Notes: generated from the sequence alone by a model not told the origin. 55,154 nt of DNA from Prorocentrum cordatum (GCA_963575745.1 CAUYUJ010000182.1:62001-117154); one strand, 5' to 3'. Numbered from the stretch's first letter, positions 33,417-47,010 are shown. Numbers and translations are program-made.

Positions 33417-33530
33417 GTTTGATGGCGTTGGTATTACTATTGTTGTTGATGTTGGTGTTGTCGTTGTCGTTGTTGTTGGTGGTGTTGTTGTTGTTGTAAG
33501 TGTTGTTGTGTCTGCTGTTGTTGATGTTGA
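33290..33530. repeat. (GTT)n microsatellite
   Basis: Direct reading. Confidence 0.95.
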
Positions 33531-34117
33531 GTGTTCATTCCAACGCAATGAATATTGTTGATCCCCCCTCCGGGGCACATCTGAGTTTTCAATTGAAGTG
33601 CGCTTCCCGGGGCTCGTACCCTGTTTTTTATAATGGAAAGGCTTGGCGTCCCAGGTCTGGGCTGTTGGCCCCCAATTTACAACAATAGTGGTTCCCGCCT
33701 GATGCATCCTCACAACATATTCCCAAGTCGCTCTCTCGCGCTGGACTTCCCCCGTTTTAAGGGCTGCGCTAAATGCACGTAGCAAGTAAGGAAGATCGGA
33801 GGTTGGGGGGTGAGATCGAAGTGGAACGGAGAGCCCCCCTACCTGGAAATCGATTTCGGTTTCGTGTTCGTGCGTGCCGTGCGGGCGAGGCGAAGCTGCG
33901 TGGGCGGGCGAGAGAAAGTCTCCTGTGGCTGAGGCGCGGCCGGACCAAATGATTCCCTTCCGGGCGGCCGGGGCCCCGCGGTGTCCCGCCGGTGTCCCGC
34001 TGGTGTCCCGTGTGGCTGAGGCGCGGCCGGACGAAATGATTCCCTTCCGGGCGGCCGGGGCGGCGCGGTGTCCCGCCAGTGTCCCGCCGGTGTCCCGTCC
34101 GTGTCCCGTCGGTGTCC

Positions 34118-34208
34118 CGATGATGATGTTGATGATGATTATGATGATGATTCTGATGATGATGGTGATGATGATGATGGTGATAATGATGATGATGTTG
34201 ATGATGGC

Positions 34209-34254
<46 letters not shown>

Positions 34255-34401
34255 TTGATGATGATGATGATGATGATGATGACGTCGATTGCGAGATCGA
34301 TTGTGATATCGGTAGTGAGACCGAATGTGAGATCGATTGTGCGATGCTGATGGTGATGATGGCCTTCATGGTGTTGATGTTTGTGATTATGATGACGACA
34401 T

Positions 34402-34478
<77 letters not shown>

Positions 34479-34580
34479 CTGGTAATGCTGATGATCATGA
34501 TGAATACGATGATGATGATGCTGATGATGATGATGATGATGATGTTGATGGTGATGTCGATGATGATGATGATGACGACG
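34118..34580. repeat. (GAT)n microsatellite, preceded by an 87-bp-spaced duplication and GTGTCCC repeats (33924-34117)
   Basis: Direct reading. Confidence 0.95.
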
Positions 34581-35890
34581 TGGATAGTGATATCGATTGT
34601 GAGATCGGTAGTGAGACCGCATGAGACAGCGAATGAGGTCTTCTCTCAGGTTCTCCTCCACCACGCACCCCTCGGTTCTGGACCTCTCCTTTTCCCTCCT
34701 CCTCCCCATCTTAGCTTCCTCATCCTCCGAGGGTGTTCTTCAGTTCAATTCGCCGTTGACAGTGAGCGGGCCGGCCGTGCTGCCGATTTTGCGCAGAGAG
34801 TCTTCGTGTCGACTGGCATGGGCGGAGACACGGAGAGAGCGGCATGTGTGTCGAGCGGCATTTGTGTCGAGCGGCATGGTGGGATCGTGTGTGGGATAGT
34901 GAGACCAGCCGAGAGAGATCGATGGTGAGATCGATTGTGAGATCGATGGTGAGATTGATCGAATGAGATCGATGAGTGAGACCGATAAAGAGATCGATCG
35001 TGAGATCGATAGTGCAAGAGGGGGCGCGGGCTGCGCCAAGCTTTGCCAGCGCTTCAGTCTTCTGTGGCCAAATGGCGCCGTTAGCTGCCGTTGCGCAAGT
35101 TGGGCAGGTTCCCAGGGGGAGGGCCGAATGGTACCAAGGCGCCAAAGAGCGAAGGGTGACGTAAACAACTCGACACCAACGCTCCCAAGAGCGAGCGGCA
35201 ACGCAACTATCTCCACTGGCATTGTCACAACAACATTCACCACTGTTGCCCATTGCTGGGGCCCTCCCCCCCCAACCTCCTTATCACCCGCAGGGTGGTC
35301 GTATAGGTATACCCCGGAGGGGGTAAGATCGAAGACGCGGAGGGCGGGTACCGAGGGTTTGGGATACACGTTGTGAATGGCACGCGAGCAGATACGAGCG
35401 AACAGTCATAAAATGATTGTTGTTGCTTTGCTGCTGGCGCTGGTGTTGTTACTGAATTCTCACCCATGTAGAACAATTAATGTTGATCCCCCCCCGCCTG
35501 GTGCACATTGCACTTTTCAATTGAAGTGCCCTTCCCGAGGCTCGCACCTTGTTTTTGTACCCGGCAAAATCTTGAACGTCAAACTGCGCCCTTGGCCCCC
35601 GAGTTACAACAACAACAATAACAACAACAAGAACAACAAATCATTTTAATACTGTTCGCTTTTATTTGCTCGAGTGTCCAATAACGCGTATTTCCTACAC
35701 CTTCGATGCCCGCCCTCTTTGTCTTCGATCGAACCCCGTGGGGGGGTATACCTTTCTTCACTGCAGGCCGGGCCCCGGCAAGTGGCGGGGCGGCCGCGGA
35801 CCATCGGCCTGGCCAGCGGCAGCGCTGATCGGCGGGGCGGCCGCGGACTGCCGACCCGACCCCAAAAGGGACGGACAGGGGACCGACCAC

Positions 35891-35924
<34 letters not shown>

Positions 35925-37619
35925 GCGACTACTGCGACGACGGCGACGACGAGCGAAAGCGAGAGCGAGAGAGAACGACAGCAGGGCCACGAAGGACACG
36001 AAGTAGGCCAAGAAAGGCGACAGCGGGGACACGAAGGGAATGCGTATGGGGCCACGACGAGCGCGAACGAGCGGGGGCCCACGAAGGGCAGATAATGCGG
36101 GGCCACAGAGGCAACGATGGGGCCACTGAGGGTAGCAATTGGGCCACGTAGGATTGTGAGGGGGCCACAAACGGCGTCAGCGGGGCCACGAAGGGCATGC
36201 ACATGGGGCCACAACGAGCGCGACTCCTGGGTGCCTGGGTGTCGGGAGCGCGACGCTTGAGCAGATTGCAAGAAATTCCAACGCAATGCGTTTTTCTTTG
36301 TAGTAAACTGCAAGCAAATCTCCAGCGAGAGCGCGACACCAGAGCGCCGGGAGAGCGATTCCTGAACACAACGTAAAGAAGTCCCAAGCGAGAGCGCGAT
36401 TCTTGAATCAAATGCGAGGAAGTTTCGGGCGAGAGTGGAGGTCCTGGCTAAATAGTGAGGAAGTCTCAGGCGGGAGCCGTTGTTGTTGTCACCTGGGGGC
36501 CAGGGGTTCAGTTTGAGCATCAAGATTTCCTATGTCAAGAAACAGGGTGCGAGCGTCGAGGAGTATGCACTGGTGGGGGGATCAAGAAGAAGTAGTCTTC
36601 AGAAGTGAGCGTTCAACAACGGCTCATGCCTGATATTTCCTTAGAGTTTGCGTGGGGCCTCTTCGCAATGTATTCAGACGCCGCGCCCTCGACACTCAGG
36701 AATCACGTTCTCGCTGTGGATTTCCTCACGATTTACTTGGAAAATGTGCCACCGCTCGAGATTTTCTCGCGATTCTTGCAGGACGCACGCGTCAGCAACC
36801 CGCCTGCTCGACCTGGCCGCCTGGGCCCGCCTTCCCGATCCGCCTGCTAGCGTCTGCCCGCCCGATCTAATCATTTGGTTATGCCATGTACTTTCTGCTC
36901 CGGGCCCCCTCATTGTATTGTTTCTCGTGCTCCATCCTCCTCCCTTTCCCCTGTCATTTCGTTTCGTCTGGTTTCTCTTCGCTTGTGTGAAAGGGGCTAC
37001 ACGAAATACACGCGGCAGGCAATAATGATATACCCTAAAATGGGCACGACCGAAGACGAAGAGGGCGGGTATCGAGGGCTTGGGATACACGTGTTGATGG
37101 CACGCCAGCAGATAAGAGCGAACATTATTAGCATGTTTTTTGTTGTTTGTGTTGTTGTTGAACTCTCACGGTTGAAGAATATATAGTGTTGATGCCCCCT
37201 TCCAGTGACCATTGTGTTTTTCATGTTAAGTGTTTCCCCCAACATTCGCGCCTTGTTTTTAGCAGGGAAATCATTAGGCCCAAGCTGTGTTCAATCTAGG
37301 GGAAGTCACTGGGCCCATACTGGCACTTCCTCACAATTTAGCCAGGACCCTCGCTCCCACCTGAGACTTCCTCGCATGTTGCTCAGGATTCGCGCTCTCG
37401 CTTGGGACTTCCTTACAATGTATTCATCAATCGCTCTCTCGGTGCTCTGGAGTCGCGCTCTCGCTGGAGACTCGTTTGCAATTTACTCCAGAATCGCGCT
37501 CGTGCGTTGGAACCCCCCGCAATTTACTCAAACGCCGCGCTCTCGACACTCAGGCACCCAGGAGTCGCGGTTTCTCCTGGGACCCCTTTCACAGTTGACT
37601 TAGGAACCGGGATCTCGCG

Positions 37620-38235
37620 GCCCTTTCGTGTCCCCGTTGCAGCCCTTCGTGGCCCCTTCGCTGCCCTTCGCTGACCCGTTGCAGCCCTTCGTGGCCCCCT
37701 CGCTGCCCTCCGTGGCCCCGTTGCAGCCGTTCGTAGCCCCCTCGCTGCGCTTCGTGGACCCGTTTCAGCCCTTCGTTGCCCCCTCGCTGACTTCCGTGGC
37801 CCCGTCGCAGCCCTTCGTAGTCCCTTTGCTGCCCTTCGTGGCCCCGTTGCAGCCCTGCGTGGCCCCCTCGCCTTTGTGGCCCCGTTGCAGCCTTTCATGG
37901 CCCCCTCGCAGCCCTTCGTTGCCCCGTTGCTGCCCTCAGTGGCGGCCCCGTCCTGGCCCTCTGCGGCCCAATATACGTATACCCTTCGTGGCCCCCGCCC
38001 GTGGTGGCCCCATATGCATGCCCTTCGTGGCCCCGCTGTCGCCTTTCGTGGCCCTTCGCTGCCCTACGCGGCCCTGTTGCTACCCTCAGTGACCCCGTCG
38101 TTGCCCTGTGTGGCCCCGCATTATCTGCTTTTCGTGGCCCCCGCTCGTTCGCGGCCTTCGCGGCCCCGTACGCATGCCCTTCGTGGCCCCGCTGTCGCCT
38201 TTCGTGGCCCCCATTCCTGCCCTTCGTAGCCCCGC
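37620..38235. repeat. ~21-bp GCCCTTCGTGGCCCC minisatellite (inverted, shorter counterpart at ~35980-36215)
   Basis: Direct reading. Confidence 0.9.
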
Positions 38236-39286
38236 TGTCGCTCTCGCTTTCGCTCGTCGTCGTCGTCGTCGTAGTCGCTGTCGTCGTGGTCAGTCCCCTG
38301 TCCGTCCCTCTTGGGGTCGGGCTGCCGCCGATCAGCGCTGCCGTTGGCTAGGCCGACGGTCCGCGGCCGCCCCGCCGCTCGCCTGGGCCCAGCCTGCAGG
38401 GAAGGAACATGTACCCTCCAAAAGGGGCACGATCGAAGACGAAGAGTGCGGGTATCGGCGAGGGTTCGGGAAATACACGTTGAATGCCGTTCGAGCAGGT
38501 AAGAGCGAACAGTTTTACACTGATTGTTGTTGTTGTTATTGTGATTGTTGTTGCTGCTGTTGTTGTTGTTATTGTTGCTGCTGCTGCATGTTGTTAGGGG
38601 GTCCAAAGAGGCAGTTTGAGCACGAGTATTTCCGTGAGTAAGAACGGATACTAGCCCCGAGGCGGGCATTTCAGCTGAAAAGCGCAACCTGCACTGGTGA
38701 CGGGGGATGAACAATACTTTTTTCCAACAGTGAGAATTCAACAGCCACGGCAAGAGCAACAGCAGCGGAAACATCCAACACAGCAAGCAGAATCCTCTGG
38801 ACGGAACCCCACCTGTGCCCCACCAGCGGAACCACAGCTCGGCCCCCTCACTCCGGTTTATGTCTGTGCAGTCCCAGACATGCGACGTCTTATTTTTTCA
38901 ATACGCGGTCCCCAGAAGTCCCGACCCTGTCCCCAGGCCGGCTTTCGCGTCCCATGTCGTTTCCTGATGGTCCCCAGGCCCGGCGAGGGCCCCGGTGGCC
39001 GAGAGAGGGGCGAGACGCCCCCCGCCGCGATGCTGTTGTATTCGATCAGGAGGGGGTACGTGCAGCTGCTTCTCCCCCCCCCATGGGCGGCGGAGGCCCC
39101 TCCCCCACCCCGATGCCGTAGGCACGGGCGGGGGCCGCCGGGAGCCCGACGCCAAGGGCCCCCCCGCCGCGCCGCTCGGGCGGAACTGCCGCCCTGGCGG
39201 GCGGGGCCCGCCCGACAGCGGGGGGTGCTCTCAGGGACGTTCCCTTTGGGGGCCCCAGCAGGGCACCACCACCGCCACCTCCGTTC

Positions 39287-39515
39287 AAGCAGTGGCGAAG
39301 CGTCCTGGCTCGCCTGTAGCCCTGCCAAACACTGTTCTAAGAACCTTTCGTGGTTTCCACGAAATGTTCTTAGAACACTTCTGGCGGAGACTGTCTTGTT
39401 CTGTCACACCGGGCTTATGTTCTAAGAACACTGTTTTTGTTCTTAGAACATTTTGGGGGTCTAAGAACACTTCGTGGTAGGACTATCGGAATGCCGGGAC
39501 GGTCGGTCCCTGCTC
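39287..39515. repeat. Dispersed repeat with TTCTAAGAACAC boxes, copy 1 (copy 2 at ~41586-41812, diverged copy ~43600-43740)
   Basis: GGCGAAGCGTCCTGGCTCGCCTGTAGCCCTGCCAA ... CTAAGAACACTTCGTGGTA.GACTAT.GGAATGCCGGGACGGT shared between copies. Confidence 0.85.
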
Positions 39516-40551
39516 AATCCATTGCCCCTCCCTCCTCTGCCCTCCTTCTCCTCCCATGAGATCCTGACCTCGCAACTCCGTCGAGCCGTGCGCTGTCGCC
39601 GGGCGTCGGGCCCCGGCGTCCTCGCAGATCGGTGCGGCTCGGAGAGATGGGGCCCGCGCGGGGCTCTGGGCGTGGCTTCTCTCGATGTTGCAGCTGTTGC
39701 GCTACGCCGGACATCGGGGCTCCTCTGCCCTCCTCTTCCTCTCCCCTGTCCTGGGAGAGGGAGGGGAGAGGGAGGAGGTGGTGGTGGTGATGTAGATGTT
39801 TGGGCCCCGCATCCCCGTTCGCAGCAGCTCCCTCCGGCGGGCAGCGGGCGATGCCTGGGCAGCCAGCCGCCATGAAGCAAGCCCAGATCTCCGACGATAC
39901 GACTTTTTGTAATGCGGGCGAATTTCCTCGGGTTCGGCCTCCAGGATACCGGGCCCCGGGTCCATACAAACACGCATCCCGGAGCGCAAAATTACCCCCG
40001 GGGGATGGGGTCGGGACTTCCATTGGCCGCGGATTGAAGGGAGGAGGAGCGGAGGAGAAGGAGGAGGAGGAGGAGGAGGGAGGGAGGAGGAGGAAGGGAG
40101 GAGGGAGGAGGAGAAGGAGGTAGGAGGGAGGAGGGAGAGGGAGACGAGGAGGAGGAGGAGAGGAGGAGGAGAAGGAGGAGGGAGGAGGAGGAGGGGAGGG
40201 AGAAGGAGGAGAGGAGGAGGAGAGGAAGGAGGAGGTGGAGGGGAGGGTAGGGGACAAGTAGGTGCGCTCGCGTCAACATCTGACATCCTACCCTTCCCCC
40301 CATCCTTCCAACGCGTGTCGTAGCGGACCTGTGGCTCCGCGCGCGTGTGCGTAGTGGGTGGTGGTGCGCGTGCGTGCGTGCGTGTGTGCGTGGTTGTGGT
40401 TGTTGTGGTGGTGGTGTGTATGTGTGTGTGTGCGTGTGTGCGCGTGTGCTGTGGTGTGACGTGGTGTGGCGTCTTGGTGGTTTGGTGGTGGGCCAGGTGC
40501 GTACGTGCGTGATGGCGGTGGTGGCGGTGGTGGTGTGTGTGGTGGCGGTGG

Positions 40552-40775
<224 letters not shown>

Positions 40776-42142
40776 TCTGTGTGTGCGCGCGTGTGATGTG
40801 GTGTGACGCGGTGTAGCGTGGTGGTGGTGGGTGGGGTAGTGCGGTGGTGGTGGCGGTGCGCGGTGGTGGTGCGCGTGCGTGCGTGCGTGCGTTGGTGGGT
40901 GGAAGTGGCGGTGGGTGTGCGTGCGGCGGGGCGGGGCGTGGTGCGGCGCGGTGGTGGCGGGCGGATGGGCGCGCGAGAAAGAGGCCCGCGCTGGGGCGAG
41001 AACGCCATCCTGAACGACGGAGGCAAAACACCGATCCGAAAATGAGGCCCACGCTGCAGCAGGAGCACGATTCGGAACGATTCGGGAGCAGAAATGAGGC
41101 CGGCGCCTCAGCGAGAGCAGCATTTTGAAACAAAAACGCAGGCGAAAACCCAACTCCGGGGAATCCTGTGTATGTAAAAAAAAACAGTACGCGGGGGGGG
41201 GAGGCGAATACGAAAAGACGTCATCAGGGGAAGAGGGAGAGTAGTATCCATATTGAGAATTGTGGGAGGAGGAGGAGGAGGAGGAGGAGGAGGAGGGGGG
41301 GAGGGGGAGGAGGAGCAGGAGGAGAGGAGAGGAGGAGGTAGGAGGAGGAGGGAGAGGAGGAGGAGGAGGAGGATGAGAGAGGGGGAGGAGGAGGGGGGGA
41401 GGAGGAGGGGGAGGGAGGAGAGGAGGGGAGGAGAGGGGGAGGAGGGGGGGAGGGGGACGAGGAGGAGGGGGAGGAGCAAGAGGAGTAGGAGGAGAAAAAG
41501 CAGGAGGAGGATGAGGTTGGTTGGCTTGTTGGTTGGTGTCCTCCCAACGAGGCTCCGTGTCCTTCAGGGCCCGCCTGCTTCATCCAAGCAGCGGCGAAGC
41601 GTCCTGGCTCGCCTGTAGCCCTGCCAAGCAATGTCCTCAGAACCTTTTGTGGTTTCCACGCGATGTCAGAACATTTCTGGCTGGGGCTGTCCTGTTTAAA
41701 ACATCGGGTTTATGTTCTAAGAACACTGTTATTGTTTTTCGAACATTTTCGGGTTCTAAGAACACTTCGTGGTATGACTATAGGAATGCCGGGACGGTTG
41801 GTCCCTGCTCAAGTGTCCTTCGGGGCCCGCCTGCTTCATGCTTGGGCTTAAGTCGGGCCTGCCCCCCCTACAGGGGGACAAGTCATAACATAGGCAAACA
41901 AATCGTCGTGTGACGATGGTTCGACGATGTCTGGCAGTTTGCTGCGTATGCTTTGACATGTTTTGTTTGTCGTCCGAGATCCGCCTGTAGGAGGACATGC
42001 CCGACCGAAGCCCGGGGCCCGTGTCCTTCGGGGTTTCCGCCTGCGTCATGCCTGAGCCGGGCGCCCTCCCAGTGCCTTCGGCAGCAAGTCACGGGAGCCC
42101 GGTGTAGCAGATGCGGGTACTATGTGCCGTTTTTAATATATG

Positions 42143-42210
42143 CTCCGCGTGCGGGTCATGTATTAAACATGCAGGGGTTCAGTACTAAAAACAACGATGC
42201 GTTCATGCAT
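42143..42210. repeat. Dispersed AT-rich repeat (second copy ~53010-53076)
   Basis: CTCCGCGTGCGG.TCAT...ATGCAGGG...AGTA.TA.AAACAACGATGCGTTCATG in both places. Confidence 0.8.
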
Positions 42211-43954
42211 AAATCTATGCATACATTAAGCATGTATTAAAATTCTATATTTGTGAAAGTCCCATGTGTTGAAAGTTGCCCTGTAATGTGTGCACCCGTA
42301 CCCACTGCGTCGTGGAGTCTTGGGCTGCCTTCCCCAGAAGCCCGAGGCGCAGTGGACATGTGTAAAGATCTGGCTTATTTTTGGGGTTCGATTTGTATCC
42401 ATGTCCACTGCGCCTCGGCCTTGTGGCGCCCCTTCCAGAGAGTCCAAGTCGCAGTTGATGTGGATACAAATCTTGCCTGCGCCAGAAATTTCGCCTCTAG
42501 CGTCGGTTAGCGTTGACTAGTGTTTGGGGATCGATGAGATGCCGCCCATGTAGTGTCGATGAGCGTCGATTTAGCGTCGATTGGCGACACCTAGCGTCGA
42601 TTAGCGTCGATTAGCGTCGATTCGCAAGAGCCGACGCGATGGTATGGGAGGCTCCAACAAGTTGCCACCGAACAGTGCACGCAGGTGGGCACCGGGCCCC
42701 TTTTGCCCGTGGGCGGCGATGGTTCATCGTCGTCTATTCTCTAGGCCTCCCACATGGGGTCCGAGTAGATATGGGTCGGAGGATCGCGCCGCGTTGCTGC
42801 TGCATCGCGATGCGGATCGGTGTTTCCCCACGCCGACGTCGCCGAAGCATAGCCGACGTCGCCGACGCATCACCAATGCATCGGCGTTGCATCGCCGACG
42901 CGGTTCCACCCTCCGACCCCATCTGCTCGGACCCCGCCTGGGAGGCCCCAGCAACCGCACCAGAGGCTGGCGCGCCACGCCGTCTCTCACGCAGCGAGGG
43001 CGCGCGCCGCGGTGCTGCCGAGAAAATGGACGCGCGCAGCCCCAGGAAGAGGAGCAGGAGGAGGAGGAGGAGGAGGAGGAGGAGGAAGGAGGAGGAGGAG
43101 GAGGAGGAGGAGGAGGAGGAGCAGGACGAGGAGGAGGAGGAGCACGAGGAGCTCCAGGAGGAGGACCGGCGCGCGCGGCATGCTTTTGAGTCGGGAGCCT
43201 TGAGACGGGGGTCAATGCAAACGGGGGTCAGCCACGGCACCGGATCCTGCAGGATCCTGCGAAGACCCCCTCTGGCTGACCCGGGTTAGCGAGCCGCTCG
43301 TGGCCGCGAGGCGGCCGCACATATTGGCTGACCAGGGCTTGCGAAGACCTGCGTTGCCGTTTTTTTCCTGCATTGCAGTTTTTGGTTTCCTGCTGACCCG
43401 GGTCTGGATTGACCCGGGTCAGAAGATCCCCGACTGAGCAGCAGGCGGGGCGCCAAGGGGTGTGCAGGGACCACGCATGTTGCGTGTCCTCGTCTCGCTG
43501 CCCAGCCCGAGTCGAGCAGTGGCGATGCTCCTGGCTTGCCAGTGGGCGCACCAAAGAACGGTCCAAGAACCTTGTTGGCGGTCTGCACGACATGTTCTTG
43601 AAAGCATGGCTGGCTGAGACTGCCTCGTGTTAGTGCATCGGCTCTATGTTATGAGGACGGTGTTCTGCTCTTGGAGCAGTTCGTGGCTCCTGGTAGGCCT
43701 ACAGGACTGCCGCGACGGTCGCTCCCTGCTCAACCGAGCGGTGGGGACACCTCTCCCCCCAGCGGCTCCAGGGTGTCCAAGACGTTCCTCGTTCCCAGAC
43801 ATCAAACGTCGCGCTTTTGTTTGCAGCGTGACTCCCCTGAGGTCTGGGCCGCTCCCTCGGGACCGGAGTCTCCGCCCGAGCAGTCTGTCCACAGTCCCGG
43901 GGCCCGGTGCGCGCCCCCGGCAGGCCCACAAGCACCGCAGAGCGCCAGTCTTAA

Positions 43955-44139
43955 GTCGGGCCTGTCCCCCTCCCAACAGGGGGATTTTCGACGAAAAAAA
44001 AAACAGATAGAATCAAACACTAATCCAAAGATACTCTGGGGACTATTTTTTCAATTTTTTCTGTTTTACCTTTTTGGCGTATTTTGGGGGTATCTTTCAT
44101 TTTTCGTCGAAAATCCCCCTGTAGGGGGGCACGCCCGAC
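43955..44139. mobile_element. MITE-like element, second copy (isolated end-like fragment at ~41852-41880)
   Basis: GTCGGGCCTGTCCCC..ACAGGGGGATTTTCGACGAAAA ... TTTTCGTCGAAAATCCCCCTGTAGGGGGGCACGCCCGAC. Confidence 0.75.
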
Positions 44140-44422
44140 ATGATTCTGTGTTTTTTCTTGGCGCGAGGATGCCCAGGTGCGTTTTCAAGACGTCCCACAA
44201 TCCAGACATCCTCCGATCTGATTGTTGCTCAATCCGAGGCCCCAGAGGTCCCCATCCCTCCGGCAGGGGACGGTCCTCCACCCGGGCTCCGCTTTCGTCC
44301 ATGGCCCCCCGTGGAAGGTTGGCATCGGGGACGTGTGGCCCGATGGGGAAGGTCGCAGAGTCGACCCGCATAGTAAGGATAGGCAACATTCTCCTCCTCC
44401 TCCTCCTCCTCCTCCTCCTCCT

Positions 44423-44585
44423 GAAGAACGGTATAAAATAAACTTGTCCGCCGTCGGGGGCGCCTGTCCCTGGGCGGCTGGAAAGTTTATACCCCTGCGG
44501 TGCCACCGTAAGGGTATAAACTTTCCAGCCGCCCCGGGGCAGGCGTCCCCGACGGCGAAAAAGCTTATCTTATATCCCGTTCTTC
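44423..44585. repeat. ~163-bp near-perfect palindrome / foldback
   Basis: GGGCGGCTGGAAAGTTTATACCC.T.CGGTG-C-CACCG.A.GGGTATAAACTTTCCAGCCGCCC, with pairing extending out to GAAGAACGG / CCGTTCTTC. Confidence 0.9.
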
Positions 44586-45164
44586 GCCCGTGAACTCCAG
44601 GGCACCCTTGCATCCTTGCCTCCTCGGCGCATCCCTGGCCACTGTCGTTGGCCGCGCCCCGCTCGCAAAAAGCTTCGAAAATGGGCGTCCCAGGCCCTTT
44701 GCGTCCTTATATCGCGCCTCCTTCTGATACGGATCGATGGTGTCGTCGGAGCTCCGGCACCCATCCCATGGACACTCGAGGAAGACCTCCTGGAGCATGT
44801 GGATATCAGGAGGAACAAAAACCACACAGACACAATTCATCGTCGGCCCCCAGGAGAAAGTATGGGAAAACATGGGAGTTTGGGCGGGGGGACGAAGACC
44901 CAGAAAATCTGGGAAGAGATGGGGAATCTTTTCATCTGTGTGTCTTTATCTGTGTGTCCCAGGGCCCCTTCCGTGGAGCCTGCAGGGGCGGAGCGAGATC
45001 CGGGAGTTGCGGACCATACTGTGGTGTTGTTGCAGCTGGTGCTTCTGTTGCGTTGCTGGACGTCGCCCCGCTTCCTGGTTGGTTTGTGTTGCTTATGTGT
45101 GTGTATCGTTGGATGTTCGCGCTGCTGCTGTTTTTGTTGAACCCTCACTCTTGGGGATTCATAA

Positions 45165-45830
45165 CCTGTTGATCCCCCCACCGGTGCACATTGCATTGTC
45201 TCAGTTGAAGTGCCCCCCTCGGGGCTCACACCCTGTATTCAAATCGAAGAACGTCGGCCTGCTCAAAGCGTGCCCCTTGCCCCCCTGGCTACAACAACAA
45301 CGGCTCCCGCTTGATATTTTCGTACAATGTATTCCAAAATCGCTCTCCCGCGCAGGACTTTCCACAGTGTATGCAGGAATGGCGCTCTCGCGTGGGACAC
45401 CCTCGCAGTTGAATCAGACGCCGCGCCCTCGACACTCAGGAGAGATTCTCTCGCTTTGGCCTTTCTCACGATCTACTTTGGAGTCGCGCTATCGCTCGGG
45501 ACCCGCTCGCCGTTCGGGCAGGGCTCGCGCTTCAGCCACCTGCCTGCTCGACCCGGGCGCCCGCGCCCGCCTACGCGACCCGCCCGCTTGGGTGTGCCCG
45601 CTCGATCTGCCCTTCCTGCTAACTTGTCTCGTGCTCCGTCCTTCTTCCTCCCCCTTCCATCCAACCTCTCTACCCCCTGTTCTAGGGGCTGCACTACATG
45701 CACGTGGCAGGTAAGGAGGATATACCCCCAAGGGGGTACGATCGAAGACGAGGAGGGCGGGCACCGAGGGTTTGGGATATACGTGCTGAATGGCACGCGA
45801 GCAGATCGTAGCGAGCAGTCTCAATCTGAT
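45165..45830. repeat. Further long copy of the modular dispersed repeat family seen at 31.8-38.6 kb
   Basis: Same modules in the same order as the 32560-33290 copy; core at ~45735-45785. Confidence 0.85.
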
Positions 45831-46011
45831 TGTTGTTGTCGTTGTTGTTGTTGCTGTTGGTGTCGTTGTTGTTGTTGTTGTTGGTGGTGTTGCTGTTGAT
45901 GTTGTTGTTGGTGTTGTTGCTGCTGCTGCTAATATGGTTGTTATTGTTGTTGTTGCTGTTGTTGGTGGTGTTGCTGTTGCGAGTTTTGTTGATGTTGTTG
46001 TTGTTGGTGCT

Positions 46012-46069
<58 letters not shown>

Positions 46070-46252
46070 CTGCTGCTGTTGTTGTTGTTGGTGCTGCTGC
46101 TGTTGTTGTTGTTGTGGTTGTTGTTGTTGTGGTTGTTGTTGTTATTGTTGTTGTTGTTGCTGTTGGTGTTGTTGTTGTTGTTGTTGGTGTTGGTGTTGTT
46201 GTTGTTGTTGTTGTTGTTGGTGGTGTTGTTGTTGTTGGTGTTGTTGTTGTTG
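45830..46252. repeat. (GTT)n microsatellite
   Basis: Direct reading; another run at 47405-47575. Confidence 0.95.
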
Positions 46253-46434
46253 AATATTATTCCTTCTAAAGAATTATTATTGTTGGGACCCCTGGTGCAC
46301 GACCCCCCTCCAAAACCTAGGCCGCAGCTACATTTTCATCATTTTTTCGCGAAAGCTGCAGAAAAGTGGATTATGCCAGATCCGGTTGTTTTGTTGTAAT
46401 CCGTTTTCCCTTGCAAAAAACACTATAAAATGAA

Positions 46435-47010
46435 AATTCTTGTTCTTACTTGATCAAATTGCAAGAATCCCTTGCAAAAAATAAGGTAAAGTGGACATTC
46501 GTGCGCGCAAGACGAAATCCTTCCAAAACCTTAGGTTTCGTAACGATTTTAACATAAAAACATCAAAAACCCAATGGTTTTTTAAGAAAAAATTGTCAAA
46601 ATGTCCTTCCGCGCGCGCTGTCCGAATCCCACAAAACCAATGGTTTTTCAACATTTATGTTACATGAGCTCGCGCGAGCTACTTTTTCTTGTTCTAACAT
46701 AATCAAATTTCAATAATCCCTTGCAAAAAATAAGGTAAAGTGGACATTCGCGCGCGCAAGACGAAATCCTTCCAGAACCTTAGGTTTCGTAACGATTTCA
46801 ACATAAAAACATCAAAAACCCAATGGTTTTTCAAACAAAAAATGTCCAAATTTCATCCCGCGCGCGCTGTCCGACTCCCACAAAACCAATGGTTTTTCAA
46901 CATTTATGTTACATGAGCTCGCGCGAGCTACTTTTTCTTGTTCTAACATAATCAAATTTCAATACTCCCTTGCAAAAAAAAGTAAAGTGGACATTCGCGC
47001 GCGCAAGACC
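46435..47010. repeat. AT-rich 249-bp tandem repeat, ~2.3 copies
   Basis: ATCAAATT..AA...TCCCTTGCAAAAAA..GTAAAGTGGACATTCG at 46453, 46702 and 46951. Confidence 0.92.

Larger units (their letters stand above)
31790..38600. repeat. Cluster of at least six copies, in both orientations, of one modular dispersed repeat family
   Basis: Core CCAAACCCTCGGTACCCGCCCTC.TCGTCTTCGATCG at ~32048(+), 33180(-), 35325(-), 35700(+), 37050(-) and 38430(-). Shared modules GCCGCGCCCTCGACACTCAGG and CCGCCTGCTCGACCTGGCCGC. Confidence 0.85.

Noticed and set aside
43393..43422. Perfect 12-bp stem CTGACCCGGGTC / GACCCGGGTCAG
   Set aside because: It arises from a duplicated self-palindromic 10-mer and has no supporting context.
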